A DNA stretch of 64,000 nucleotides, taken from positions 11,472,001 to 11,536,000 of the forward strand of contig NC_087252.1 in assembly GCF_037042905.1 (NCBI RefSeq), written 5' to 3'. Within the stretch, counting starts at the first letter, position 1, and each line of letters opens with the position of its first letter. The position numbers and the translations under genes were made by a program. Below, piece after piece: positions 24,558 to 37,965 of this stretch. This DNA is from Lytechinus pictus. Taxonomy: Eukaryota. The notes under the pieces were generated by a model. The model was not told the origin of the DNA. It made no database searches and was given only the letters and a program-made list of their open reading frames with translations.

Positions 24558-27500
24558 ATGAATAGCAAACGCAAAACGAAAACCTGGAATAATGATGATC
24601 TGGTGGTTGCCTTTCAAACCATGAAAGCGCAAGGGATGTCAATACGCAAAGGCGCCAAGGCCTTTGGAATACCATACAGCACCCTGCGTGACAAGTCCTG
24701 TGGCAGAACACCGCTCTTTGCTACCAGAGGACCCAAACCTTACCTCAATAAAGAAGAGGAAGAGAAGATTGTGGACTGGGCTAACGAAATGGCAAGCCAG
24801 GGTAACCGTCAATCCAAAGCGGATATCCAAAAGGTAAGTTCGTTAAAATTTTGCAGAGCTAAAATGAATGTATACATAAAAAATGATTATATTTCATCTT
24901 CGTGATTGATCAACACCACCAACAATGACATACAAGAAAATTACCACAAAGGAACAAATAATTGCAGAGCTGCCAACTAGTACTGATATTCAGTATTTAG
25001 TACTGAAAAATTAGAAGAATACTGGTGGTTTCATGCAACATACTGATTTATAAGGTTTCAGCTTTATATGTTGTCCTATGGTATTTCTTTGAAAATACTG
25101 CTTTCCTCACCATATAATATGGATTCCAAGCTTTTAAAATAACGAAATGTTCTTGATCAGGTTGGCAGCTCTGGGAGTAAAGCAATAAATCAAGGCAGTG
25201 AATTACAGAATGATGTACATAATGATTTACAAGACATGAAACAAAGCAACAAGAAATAAACCTTTAGTTTGAAAGTGAAGTAAAAAAAAAATAACAACAA
25301 CAAAAAAACAGTCCTACAATGTAAGAAGTAGCAGGATGTTACAGACATTGGAGATAGAACCAAAAAGAAAATGAAATTTACAGGAGAGATAGCCCTATCA
25401 TGCCCAGGAGAGGAGGGGGTGTTTTTTTTTTGCCCCCCTTGACATTATTTTTCACGATAAATCTGTAACACGTAAAGATCGTGCTGCAACATTTCATGAC
25501 TTTTTCACTTCAAGTCTTGAGCAACTTTTAAGACCAAAATTGTAACGGAACCTGACACAGGTAAACGCTTCCGGAGCTTCTCAGGTGCATTTCAGACCCA
25601 AATTTGCTCAAAAACATGAGATACACACGGTTACAAATGTTGTGAGATTATTCCCAGCTTAATGGGAAATCCCCTGGGGATCTGTGTGTAGCTGTGTGAT
25701 TGTTCCAGTCTCATAAAATTTTGATAACTTCCTGCAGCCTCTGTGTGATTAAGCCAATCACTTAAATATGCATGCGAAGGACATGTGTGATAAACTGGGA
25801 AGGTTTTTCAATCCCATCTCATTTTTATTGGTCCTTTTTTGTTGTTGCCATTTTGTGACTTTAGATTCAGAATCGAATTGATTTGAGGGGCTATATACTC
25901 TCTGTGAATCAACCCAATCTCTTAATTATTGAAATATGTTTTATTTAGATTATTGAACAAGCATGTTCAGAAATGTTCATTTTGACCGAGGAGAATTTGA
26001 AGTGCCCTTATAAATGTTTGATCAGTTTCGTTTGGGAATCCAGTTTGAATACCCGATTGTAATTATATTTTCTTGTAGGTTATGAAAGCATAACTTGAAA
26101 ATGAAAGTTATTAGGGCAATTCCATAAAATTATCAACCTTTCGGTACATCCGACCCCCATTTTTCTCAAATCTTACTTCACTTCATAAACTGACCAAGTC
26201 ATGGTCAAGTAGAGAACATTACAGGCTGTCGAAAAAACAAAAAATCAGAGACGAAAAATTTCATGAAGGTCCCACATATAGGGGGTCGGACGTACATACA
26301 TATTTCATGGAATTGCCCATCAGCTGATTGTAATTACAATGTAATTTCTATTTCTTTTTTTTTTGCAGGTTGTTAAAGCATTCCTTGAAAGTGATGGTCG
26401 CCAGCATCCGTTCTTAGACAACTTACCAGGGGAAAGATGGTGGAGAAGTTTTTTGAAGAGAAACCCTAACCTAGTATACCGGCAGATGCAAACAGGCAAA
26501 CGAGCGACCCCACATAAAGGCTTCCCGAAGGTATTAGACGATAGGATCGAGATGTGGTTTACTGAATTCGAGGCACGTCTGCAGAAGGAGGGACCACTCC
26601 CCATGCTGGCCAATCCTCAAAGGTTTTGTGGTGAACAGAGACAATCATCTGTTGATAGAGTATTAAAGAGCTTTCCTGCATCATCAACATCCACACCAGG
26701 TCAAGCACAGTCAGAGCCAGGTCAACCACTGTCAGCGCCATCCACATCGTCAGCACTGCCACAGGAGTCACAAGATGTTGTCCAGACATGTCAAAGCAAT
26801 GAAACCTTCTCTCCATGCAAGGGCACGTCTGAAGACCAAAGGGAGAAAAAAGGACCCTCTTCTCCAGCTATCACCGTAGACGAATTCTTCCTGTACATTC
26901 GTTGTAGAAGATCAGTAGAGAACTGGAAACAGGAGGAGGTTGATAAGAGAAAGATGGCAGAGAATGAACAGAGGGAAACGGTAGAACAGATGGAACAAGA
27001 GACAGAACATGAGACGGTTAGCGATGCGGATGATGCGGACACAGGTGGGGAAGGAATGGACTCTGCAGAACCAGTGGTGATTCTGAGTAAGGAAGGAGAT
27101 TGTGTGTCTGAAGTCACTGTAGCTACAAGTTCTCTAGAAGGCATATTGGAACAGGAGCGGAAGAAGCGAGTAAGCCCAAGAAAGAGATCACTGGAAGTCA
27201 GCATGTCTGAGAAACGGCATAACATCAAGGCACGGACAGAGTACAAGATGGTAAATGATGCTAATGAAGAGAACACTGGTGATAGAGTAATGAAACGGGA
27301 GCCAAAGAAGCGAGGGCCAGGAAGGCCAAGGAAGACATCGCAGCAAGTGAGCAAGACCGAGATTCAGAAGAACATCAAAGCACAGGTTATCGAGATAATG
27401 AACAGCTTATTCAATGTTGACGTGGAAGAGATGATGACATTGCAAAAAGAGAAAGCAAAAAAAGCGAAACAAGTTAAAATGAAAGGAATGGAAAAAAGAA

Positions 27501-27799
27501 AAGACCAGAAGCTACCAAGCAAGGAGAACATTGAGCATGAAAGTGATGCTGGCGAATCGCGGAAGGAACTGATTGTAGAAGCTACAGACAAGGTCAGAGC
27601 AGTGCCAAATATAAAGACCGTAACTAGTCATATAAATGAAATCTTTGTTTGCCCTGCTTGTCAGAAATCCAGCGGAGACAATGAAGCATGGATTAGATGT
27701 GATCACTGTGTAAGATGGTTGCATCTATCCTGTACAAGTATGCATTTGTTGCGAGGTGTCGACCTCGCAGGCTTTGATTATAGATGCAAATACTGTTGA
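24558..27799 (+). CDS. Pogo-transposase-derived protein: HTH_psq + CENP-B-type HTH + AT-hook + C-terminal PHD finger, about 568 aa, 2 coding exons
   Basis: Coding exons 24558-24833 and 26369-27799 are joined by a phase-0 GT-AG intron (AAG|gtaagt...tttttgcag|GTT). Motifs: MSIRKGAKAFGIPYSTLRD, LNKEEEEKIVDW, PGERWWRSFLKRNP, KRGPGRPRK, and C4HC3 (CPAC...WIRCDHC..WLHLSC...YRCKYC). An acceptor at 24540 implies upstream exon(s) that could add sequence. Confidence 0.85.
24965..25173. mobile_element. MITE in intron
   Basis: TIRs cagagctgccaac/gttggcagctctg, related to 45943-46362. Confidence 0.6.
26114..26318. mobile_element. Short Sola2-like MITE
   Basis: TIRs GGGCAATTCCAT/ATGGAATTGCCC with flanks atta/atca. 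Terminus resembles that of 2319-4611. Confidence 0.6.
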
Positions 27800-28419
27800 C
27801 GTATGACATTGACATTTCTCTACAAAATATTTCTTCGTGACTGAATAAAGTATGGACACAAATTCCTTGCTATTATACATGTAAGTGAGATTACATTTTG
27901 AGCATGGAGTATTTTTCCCGATGGTCCGGGGGTATTTCAATATTTTTTAGCCTGGACTGGCAAGTTAAAATCTCCAGCAGAAGCTGAAAGTGAATATTTT
28001 TAATATTAAAGCACTCCAAGCTACACAAGTACAATTTAGGTTTTACATTTATGTTGAAAAGATGAATTATTTTCTTGATTTACAATTTACAAATGTGTTT
28101 TTGTTAATCTGTAGTGGATAATAACACTGACAATAATTAATATTTGAACTGACGAAAGCTTCTAGCTATTCAGTTTTTTTTTTGATAATTTCTTTTTTTG
28201 GTGGGGGGGAGGGGGAACACAACAATGGAATCCCCCTCCCAATGAACAAAGGACGCCAATGCCCGAGTTCTCCACCATGTTGTATATTATGTGTTGGATG
28301 ATTCTTAGATCGTGTTGCTATTTCAATGTTGCCCTTTTGTGTTGCTCTTTTGTAGGAAAGGCAAAGCACCTTTGCCTTTAGTTCTCAAATTTATTGGAAC
28401 CATGGAAAATCTGTACGAC

Positions 28420-29177
28420 TTAACCCTATCTAGGCCGGGGTATTTTGGGAGTTCATATGGCCAGGGGGGGCCTCCCAAGCTCCCCCTTGAGATCTCCGCC
28501 GTTGGCTGCGCGATCGCGCCGAAAATTGGCACACAGGTTGTCTGGGACATAATCTACAAAATTGTTTAGTAATTTATTTCATGAAAATCGCTATTACTGT
28601 AAGTGATTATAAAAATTTATGCGTAATTAGTATGCGAAATCATACTTTTCCCTCTAACTCCCTAAATAAAGCTCCAAATGTTCTAATTTTTGGTTTAGAA
28701 ACTCTTTGTGGTGTAAAATTGTGATATCAGATCAATTTCTTATGTATTATATTGTTTTTGCAATTTCTTATGTATTTCTTTGTTTTTTGGACCTTTTGTT
28801 TTTCAATGTTTTTTCAATTGAAATTTGTTGGGGACTCTTCTGAGATCATAAACAGCACAAAATAAATACATTTGGACCAGCAAAACTAAAAATAATCATA
28901 CATTTATGATTTTTGGTTGAAAACCCAGTTTTCATTGACTTTGTACACGAAATCACATTTTTAAAAGCAATTTTGAGGCTGACATGCACTTACATAATGT
29001 TGCGTAATTTCGGAACCGCGTACCCGGGTGACGCAAAACTGGTCTCAAAAGTTGCGAAAGAATTGAAAGTAAAAAGTCAGCGAGCGGTGCGGTCAAAAAA
29101 ATTCGCGCGGCGAAAAAATTGCGCGAATCGTTGGGGGGGCCTCTGAGGCCCCCCCCCCCTGGCCTTGATAGGGTTAA
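28420..29177. mobile_element. piggyBac-like non-autonomous element
   Basis: TTAA-CCCTATCTAGGCC...GGCCTTGATAGGG-TTAA. Degenerate fragments also lie near 25390-25620, 42290-42360 and 56190-56295. Confidence 0.75.
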
Positions 29178-29670
29178 AGGGGAAGTTCACCCTGACAGAA
29201 AGTTAATTGTAAAAATAGCAGAAAAAATAGTAAAAGATATTGCTGACGGTTTGAGGAAAATCCATCAAAGAATAAAAATATTAAAATTTTAATTATTTGA
29301 TTTGTTATGTCATCTGCGAGCAGCTTTTCTGGATATCATATGGTTAAAAATCAATGAAATGTCATTTTCTCATATTATTAGAAATGGTTTTTATTGTACC
29401 TTTGTACATCAATGGACAAATCATTGCACACCTGTTCCTAAAAATAAAAAATAATTAAGTCATCACAAACCATTAAGAAAATGGAAATTTATGCATTTTA
29501 TATTACATAACATATATAGAACAGGTGCTTGTATGACGTCACAAGTACAAAACTTAAATTTCTAATAACTTTTTTAATCATTCATTTTTTTCCTCAAACC
29601 TTCAATATTTTTGGTTATCATTTTTGTTTCTATACCACAAACTTTTCTTCGGGGTGAACTTCCCCTTTAG
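29174..29670. mobile_element. TTAA-flanked MITE family B
   Basis: ttaaaggggaagttcaccc...gggtgaacttcccctttag. A further decayed copy starts near 30414. Confidence 0.75.
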
Positions 29671-31217
29671 GACAGATTCAACTTTGAAGAGATACATATT
29701 TCACGTTGTGTATAATGTGGTATAAACAGTGCTATGCATATCTTTAGTGAGCGAGCTGATGATTTTATATTCCCACTTATTTTGTATTTCATGATATGAA
29801 ATTATATTCATTCAAATTTTGTCCACCAAGAATGAACAAAACTGGATATACAACTAATTTCATGTGTAAGATATTCATAACTTCAACTTATTTTGTCACT
29901 ATAAAAAAAAAAAGCGTTTGAGAAAATTTTAATTAGTATTATTACCATAGGGTATATGGTACTGTCTCTCTGACGAAAAGCTTGTTATTGTTCACTATTA
30001 ATTTTTTTTAAATGTTATTTGAAACTTCTTGAGATTGGCTTATTTCAAACTACTGAATTATTCCTTTTACAAATTAAATATATTCTATTCCTCTAAATTT
30101 GTTTACTTATTTTTTTTTTTATAATGCAATTCAAGCAAAATATAAAATATAGATTATGCATTTGTTTTTTATTAGAAATAATCAGAACCTAATTTTGAGG
30201 GGGGGAGTATTGCCATTACACGGTGTTTGTGATGTACATATAAGTCTGCGTTCATGGAACATGGATGGAGTGAGTAGGGGTGGCCGCAACATCTGGAGAC
30301 AACCGGGGGGGGGGGTACCTTTCTCAAAAACGTTTTGCATATTTTAGTTTGAGGAGAGGAAATTTTTTGAGTTAGATCCTCTTTTTTTTTGCATATTATA
30401 TAGCATTTCAAATTTAAAGGGAAATGTCCCCCTTAAGTCATGTTTGTAATGATAAAAGCAGAAAACTGAGAAAAATATTTAATAAAGGTTTGGCAAAATC
30501 CATGTATGTTCAATGCTTAAACATAATTATATATTTTAAACTTGTTGATTTTGTGACACCACATGCATGCTGCTTTGTCACTTGATATCTACTCCACAAG
30601 ATTCTGATTGTCAGAAAATTTAAAATTACTTTTTTAATACCTATCCATTCCATGTTTAATAAGATGCGCTACATCTACACATGCTGCTCTGTTAAAAATA
30701 TTTTCAGTCATCTTGACCCCATGGGAATGTACAGAATTTATATGTACATGTATATTACAAGACATATTGGACATCAGCTTGCATGTGACATCACAAATCA
30801 ATTCAAAACTAGTTATTTTGTACAATTTTCACAGGTCCATTACAGAAATATTTGCAATGTTGATGAATGATAATACATTTTAATCCATTGAATAGCAATT
30901 TCAAGCACAAAATTGCTTTAGAAATTGTTTACACCTTTCTAGACAGGGGTGGGTCCTGGGGAAACTCAAAACATAATACCCAAGTCCAAACTGATTAGTT
31001 GACTGTGAAATTAAGTTGCATTTGATTGCTAATTGTCTTTCTTGCAATTAGCCCCAGGGCCATGGCCGTGACATAAAGTTGGCAATCGATTGTGTGGTTG
31101 ATTTCATAACTGACTGCATTCGTTGATTATTGCATATGATCAAAAGTAAAAATTGCTCAGCTCTTTCTTACTGGTCCCAGGTCCATAGTCTCATGAAGTC
31201 CACAGATAACGCTAATC

Positions 31218-31466
31218 AGGGTCCCGTCTTACAAAGAGTTACGATTGATCCAATCAACCTCAACTACATGGGAATCTATTGATGTCAGCACTTTTCCTAA
31301 AGGAAATTTGCTAAATGTCCTGTGTAAACAAAGACAATGATGCAAGTATGAATATCATATTTAGATTAGAAAACATTTTGAAGCAACGTGTATTTTAGAA
31401 CTTGGCATTGCTGGCTTTTCATAGTTGTGGTCGATGGAGTCAATAGCAACCTTTTGTGAGACGGGG
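31218..31466. mobile_element. Harbinger/Tourist-like MITE
   Basis: gggtcccgtcttacaaagagttacgattgatc...cttttgtgagacgggg. Same family at about 16006-16230, 37522-37792 and 56742-57011. Confidence 0.65.
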
Positions 31467-31470
31467 AGCT

Positions 31471-32245
31471 GGTCAATCGTAACTCTTGTGTGAGACCAGC
31501 CCTGGTAACCCATACATGTACGTTGTTTCCTTCACTAGTACCATGGTACACTACACAGCTTACAAACGGATGCTAATCAGATCAATTGCAACTCTGTGTG
31601 AGACCAGCCCTGGTAACCCTTGCATGTACCTTGTTTCCTTCACTGGTACCATGGTACACTACACAGCTTACAAGCTAATCAGATCAATTGCAACTCTGTG
31701 TGAGACCAGCCCTGGTAACCCATACATGTACGTTGTTTCCTTCACTAGTACCATGGTACACTACACAGCTTACAAACGGATGCTAATCAGATCAATTGCA
31801 ACTCTGTGTGAGACCAGCCCTGGTAACCCATACATGTACGTTGTTTCCTTCACTAGTACCATGGTACACTACACAGCTTACAAACGGATGCTAATCAGAT
31901 CAATTGCAACTCTGTGTGAGACCAGCCCTGGTAACCCATACATGTACGTTGTTTCCTTCACTAGTACCATGGTACACTACACAGCTTACAAACGGATGCT
32001 AATCGGGCCCGTTGCAGAAAGAGTTGCAATCAAACGCAACTTCAAAAATCATGTGCAACTTGATATTCAACCAATCAACAGCGCGCATTTGGGACTTGCG
32101 ATTGATATTTTGACTTGCGTTTAAACGCAACTCTTTCTGCAACGGACCCCAGATCAATTGCAACTCTGTGTGAGACCAACCCCAGTAACCCATACAATAT
32201 TTCCTTTACTAGTAACATGGTACTACACCATTTACAAACAGATAC
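31471..32245. repeat. 108-bp minisatellite (5 near-identical units + 1 diverged) with a nested 145-bp MITE
   Basis: Units start at 31471, 31579, 31681, 31789, 31897 and 32151. A palindromic MITE gggcccgttgcagaaagagttgc...gcaactctttctgcaacggaccc lies at 32005-32149. Confidence 0.9.
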
Positions 32246-33517
32246 CAAAGACAACGTCAAATTTCCATGTCAGAGATGTTTATTAAGGTAAGACAAAGAA
32301 TTGCAAAACAAATTGATATCATCAAGTCATAAACATTATCAATGGATTTTGAATGCATTAAAATGAATAGAAAATATAGATCTCTTCTTAATGACAAAAA
32401 CAATAAAACTTTAAAATCACACAGATAAAAAAAGACAAATCTCCTAAATTGGCTCATCCACAAATTATAGAGGTGAATATTCCATATGCTGCAAGGAATT
32501 GCCACTTTATAGTCGAAACCCAATATGTCCACATTCCATAAACCTAGCTTGTCTACTAACCATTTGGTCTAAGAACCATTGAGCCATTCATCTGATTTTC
32601 AATTAGACTATATCCATTTCGTGGTAAATAACCACTTTCTATACGATTAGATGAATCGTTCATGAATCAAATATTCACTTGAATTCCAAATTAATAAGTG
32701 GAAATTAGACCAAGTGGTGATAGGACCACACACTAATTAAACCAAATCAATAGCAGACAAAGTAGGTTCAGCCATGATGGTATCATGCAACCTGATTAGA
32801 CCATCTGCTAGTATGTAGACCAGTACCATGACAATTGCTCCGGCGATAATTACTCTAATGGAAAATATGCATTGCATGTAAAGCCAAACATAAAATCTAA
32901 GCTCCAAAACTGATTAAACCCTAGTCCTTATCAATGGATTATACTGAACCAAAAACTCCATTGCAATCCCAACTCTAACCCTATGCCCTCTGAGATATTA
33001 AGACGGGAGCAAATGTTGCGGGAGCAAATGTCGCAAGAGCAATTGACCCAGGAGCAAACGTCGTGTCACCAGAAGACCAAGTGGCTACAAACTACTGAAG
33101 AAAGGGCAATAGTCTCCATTCACTAATGACACAATGCTTCAGTCACATTTTCCCTACGACGAGTCGAAAACATGTTTTATTCATATTTATTCCAACCACC
33201 TATATGTAGCTGGTACAAAAAACGACTGTTTTCGACTCGCCGTAGGGGAAATGTGACTGAGCCATAATTCAGCATACAATGCAATATCATATTGTGATAC
33301 ATGTATGTTAGTACATTAAATAAACAAACACTATTAATAGTCGATAACATTCTACAAGACTCGATGGCTGATGAACACTTAATACTATGGCTAGCTACTT
33401 GTGAATGTCGTTAATCATAGAAGTTTTTTGTTTAGAATGAATTTTCCTATCAGGGAAATCATATGATTCATACACAAAGTGTGATCTACACAGCTTGAGC
33501 AAATTTCATACACCTGT

Positions 33518-33850
33518 TGGGTGTTTCATAAAGCTGTTCGTAAGTTAAAGAGCGATTTTAAGAACGACTGATGAACCTTTCTTGTGCGCTAAATAATCAC
33601 CAATGAACATTTAATGGTGAATATCATTTACCACAAGAAAGGATCACCAGTCATTCTTAAAGTCACTCTTAACAGCTTTATGAAACTGCCCCCACGTGGG
33701 TGTTTTATAAAGCTGTTTGTAAGGTTGCGATTGACTTTTATATTCTCAGGCGCTAACAGGCATGATAGGCATATATCAATGAGCACAAGTAAGGGTCGCT
33801 AGCTGTGCGTAAAGTATTCATAACTTATGAACAGCTTTATGAAACACCCA
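33518..33850. mobile_element. Two adjacent short palindromic MITEs
   Basis: gggtgtttcataaagctgtt...aacagctttatgaaac occurs twice. Another copy lies at about 38344-38520. Confidence 0.65.
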
Positions 33851-34377
33851 CCAGAACAATTAAACTTATTAAATGTACATGATATATATATATGTATATG
33901 ATATATTTTGACACAATCAATTTTGTTTCACACAAAGTTCATCAAGATCTTCCTGTTAGTGAATGTGCAAATGGGACTGCAATAGGAAGTGTGTGTGGTT
34001 TTCACTGCAAAAAATAATACATGTAACTTAGACATTTTTTTCATTAAAATTGATTTCAATTTCATGATAAATGTTTAATATTGTGAAGAATCAATTCCTC
34101 TACAAAAACATTATTCTACCTTGGCAGTAGTATTTGTACCATTCATCTGAAAATACACAGCAAAAAGAATATCTGAAATGCTTTTATGGGGGGGGAGCCT
34201 CAGAATAATAATATAAATATTCCAAGTAATACTAAGTGGATAAATACAGCACTTTTTCCAGATGATAGAAGTGCAAACATCATTATTGCCCAGGCTTTAG
34301 GGGAATACATCAACTCTCCCTGTCTGAAGTCAGAGGATATAATGGGCATGAAATACAGCGACTTTCCAAGATTGCAT

Positions 34378-34605
34378 TAATGATAATATACCGGTTTGTG
34401 ACATTTATATAGTGCTTCATACAAATGTCTCTAAGCGCTGCATACTATTAACCCGGGGTTAGCAAGGCTACCCTGATTGGATCCTCGGGCATTCAAGGAA
34501 TTCCTACAGGGTACCCATTTACTACACCTGGGTGGAGAGTAGAAAACGCCTTGCCAAAGGACGCGAGTGCTGCGGTGGGATTTGACCTCCGGACCTTGTG
34601 GTTAA
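34378..34605 (-). mobile_element. tRNA-derived SINE (internally deleted)
   Basis: The minus strand carries a tRNA-like head remnant, CCACCCAGGTGTAGTAAATGGGTACC core and GCACTATATAAAT tail motif. Confidence 0.55.
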
Positions 34606-35371
34606 ATGAACGTATATAATGAAAATAAGAACATTGCCTAACACATGCATCAGCCATCAAGTATTCATTGACATTTTTAGACTTCTACATCATTATAACA
34701 ACCACTACACTAGTTCATAACTAGCATTATAGCTATACATGCAATTAATCATCAAATACAACCATCCTATTCACCCTTCATACAATTACAGCACACGTCG
34801 CAATAAAGTGCAAATCAATATCTGGAATCTCAATACCACTTTGCTCTGGAATTCAGTTGATATCTTACATATTTACAGTTTCAGTGTATACGAGAGGTGG
34901 TGATGATAATATTCTGCAGTAGTTCGTATAAAATATAATATGCACATAAAATATACAAGAGTTCCATTGCTGGCACTACACCTGTCATAAAATAAAATCG
35001 TACACTTGAATAAAAAATATCTATAGCCTATTTGCAATCATTGTTTTACATATGCTGGATTGATCATTCAGACACGATTGTCATTATCAAAGAATAAACG
35101 ATGGTTTGTGAACACCAGCTTAAAAAGTAAAAAATTATTTTCTTGATAAGACTGGAAATTTAACGTCACTACTTTCACTTCATACTAACCCTCATCCTAC
35201 TGTATTAGCTAAATTTTTGCTGATTGGCAATAAATTTTTTTGGCCGTTGCCGCGCACGAAACAAGCAGCACAAAACTTAGTAACTGATTGTATATTCCAT
35301 TTTCACAACTGATTATAAATGTAGGGTCAATACAATAAATTGTAAAGATTTGTTCTACGAATCATCGCTAA

Positions 35372-35785
35372 AGCCCCCGTCACACTTCACAATTTCGAAT
35401 CAAGCAGAATTGGCTGGAATGAAAGGACTATTGTTCGACCACCAGTTGGTCATTCAAATCTACTATGAACACCGTTTGAAAATACCCCTTGAATGTTTTG
35501 AACATGACCAAAACCTTCGGGACGGCCGAAAGAACTGACAAAAATATTTCGAATGCACTCAGAATGCAGTCAGAATGTCCAAGAATGTAGCACGAATTAT
35601 CAATCTGACTCCATTGCAGTTCATTTTGACTAGTGTATGATGATTCACCTGGTCAATTTACTCAATTTCAACTCCAGTTTGGTGAATTCATAAGTTCCTC
35701 CCAAAAATTTCTAGATTTCTTGAATATTTTTTTGTTCCAGCTTCTGCTTGATTCCTGCTGATTCCGAATAAGTGTGATGGGGGCT
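35372..35785. mobile_element. Harbinger-like MITE
   Basis: TIRs agcccccgtcacactt/aagtgtgatgggggct with taa/tta flanks. Confidence 0.65.
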
Positions 35786-37521
35786 TTAGCAAAGTGTAAC
35801 AGGCCCAGGAATTTTAAAATACCTGCATGCAAAATTATATGCTTCTTTAGTATTCATATTTTCCAGTCCAAAAAAATATGTCACCGCGTTGCCACCTTGG
35901 AGGTTGATCCGATTACATTACATGCAATGGTGATCTGCAGCTGGCGCATTTCCCACAACTCTGTTTACATGTATTCCTATATCCTCTGAGGGAGGGCGCT
36001 ATGGGATTACGTCTTATGCATGATGTCTACTGAGTTCAGAGAAACCTTAAAAACCCAAGAGTCACCTTACTGAATTTGGTTTATTGAAACTTGTAGTGTG
36101 TGATATTTAGTCCTAGATTTGTCAACATAGAGAAACAAAATGAGGTTTTGAAAAAAAGGTAAAAATTCAGTGCCTTACCTTATAAATGAATACTTTTAGA
36201 TTATAACCAAAGTGCAGACATTGAACAGAATACTTAATTCCATAAATTCTAAAGTTTCAGCCAATAGGATCAGTTTCAATAAATGCATTTCACAATGTAT
36301 CAATATGAAGATAAATCAAGCACTTTGATTTGATCTCTCTGTACATATCTGTGCTATGAATACAAAAATACTCACTATACACGACTAAATCTGTGTCAAG
36401 TCACACCCAAGTGAACAACATTTCATGAAACACTGGTTATCACTGACAACTGTTATAAGCTAGTGAAATCCTTGCACCTGATTGGCTGAGAGCAAATTTG
36501 TCAGTGAAAATCACTAACAGCATACTCCATGAAACACTACCCTGAATGATATACACAGTTAACCATGGTCAACATAGTTATACAACTCTGGGGGCATTTC
36601 ATAAAACTGTTCGTAAATTTGCAAATGACTTTATGAACAATGGAATACAGAGTGTCACAATGTACATGTACATGTGATACTTTTTTTTTCTTTGTTCAGA
36701 AATAAGGTTCAGCAATGTTTATATTAATCTTATTCAAATCATGGCTACAATATTCTTTGCCACAAAAAGAACAAGTATTAATATGTTTAATAAAACATGA
36801 CCATATTTCAACTTCAATGACATGTACTATGTTTGTCATATCAAAGTCATTCACTCAGATGTAAGTGACTTCACAGTTTCATGAAATGTCAAAGAGGAGA
36901 AGGAATTTGGAGCTGAATACAGAGTCTTAATGGCTTTGCTCAGTATCGTCCATAAGTATCAACACAAAGTTTCAATGCTATAAAATTATCATGATTTTAG
37001 CAGTTCAGCAGTGGAGTTAAGTGAATAGAGAATATAGGTGTGGGGAATACAAAGTGGTTGATCAGTTTTATGGAAATGCCCCTTTATTACAACTCCAACT
37101 AATTTGATTTAAGTAAATCAAAGTACATTTAAATTTAATTTTCTGACTGGAGTATTGAATTGCGCATCTTTCCGGAGGATTTTAAAAACTTAGACATGGG
37201 GAGTATTTCATGAATGATTTAGTCAGTCATTTTAGTGATTTTTACTGATTAATTTGTTCTGAGCCAATCAGATGCAAGGATTTCAGTAGCTTATAACATC
37301 CATCAGAGACAGTCACTGACAAAAACTTTCCATGATATGCTCCCCTTGGTCCAGGAACAAAATTTCAACAATTGATCGCAGTGCTAATTTCTGCAACTGA
37401 TTGCACTGATTACTCTGTGTGATCAATCGCAAAAATCAGCGTTAGGATCAATGGCTAAGCTTTATGTAACATGGCCCTGGCAGAATTGCTCAATTAGGGA
37501 ACACCGGCAACAAACATTCCT

Positions 37522-37792
37522 GGCCCCCGTCTTACAAAGAGTTACGATTGATCCAAGCAATCGTAACACTGGAAATCCATCAGTGTCGTATTTTTTTCTA
37601 CAGGAAATTTGCAAAATATCCTTTGTTAACAAAGAAGAACACACCAAATTGTCAAGAAATCAATGAATTTATGTATATACATTCATATCTAGAAATTTTT
37701 TTGAACAAACATGCATTTTATATGTTGACTTTGCTGGCTTTCCGTAGTTGCGATTGATCGGATCAATCACAACTCTTTGCAAGACAGGGCCC
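37522..37792. mobile_element. Harbinger/Tourist-like MITE in the presumed MEGF8 3' UTR
   Basis: ggcccccgtcttacaaagagtt...aactctttgcaagacagggcc. Confidence 0.7.
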
Positions 37793-37965
37793 AATACACT
37801 GTCTACTACACAAATCTATTTGCATTATTGCAAACATAAGATATATAGGAACATTATCCTCACCCTTAGGCATGTGCATGAGTCATCAAAGTATTAGTAT
37901 CTTTAAAATTCTATTACATCTTCAAGATTTTACATAAAATATACAAAATAGAGAATTCTAGTATA

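Noticed and set aside
26559..27724. Minus-strand ORFs of up to 187 aa
   Set aside because: Antisense to the large psq-PHD exon.
31486..32124. 212-aa repeat protein
   Set aside because: By-product of a 108-bp unit divisible by three. It has a TTG start and runs into a MITE.
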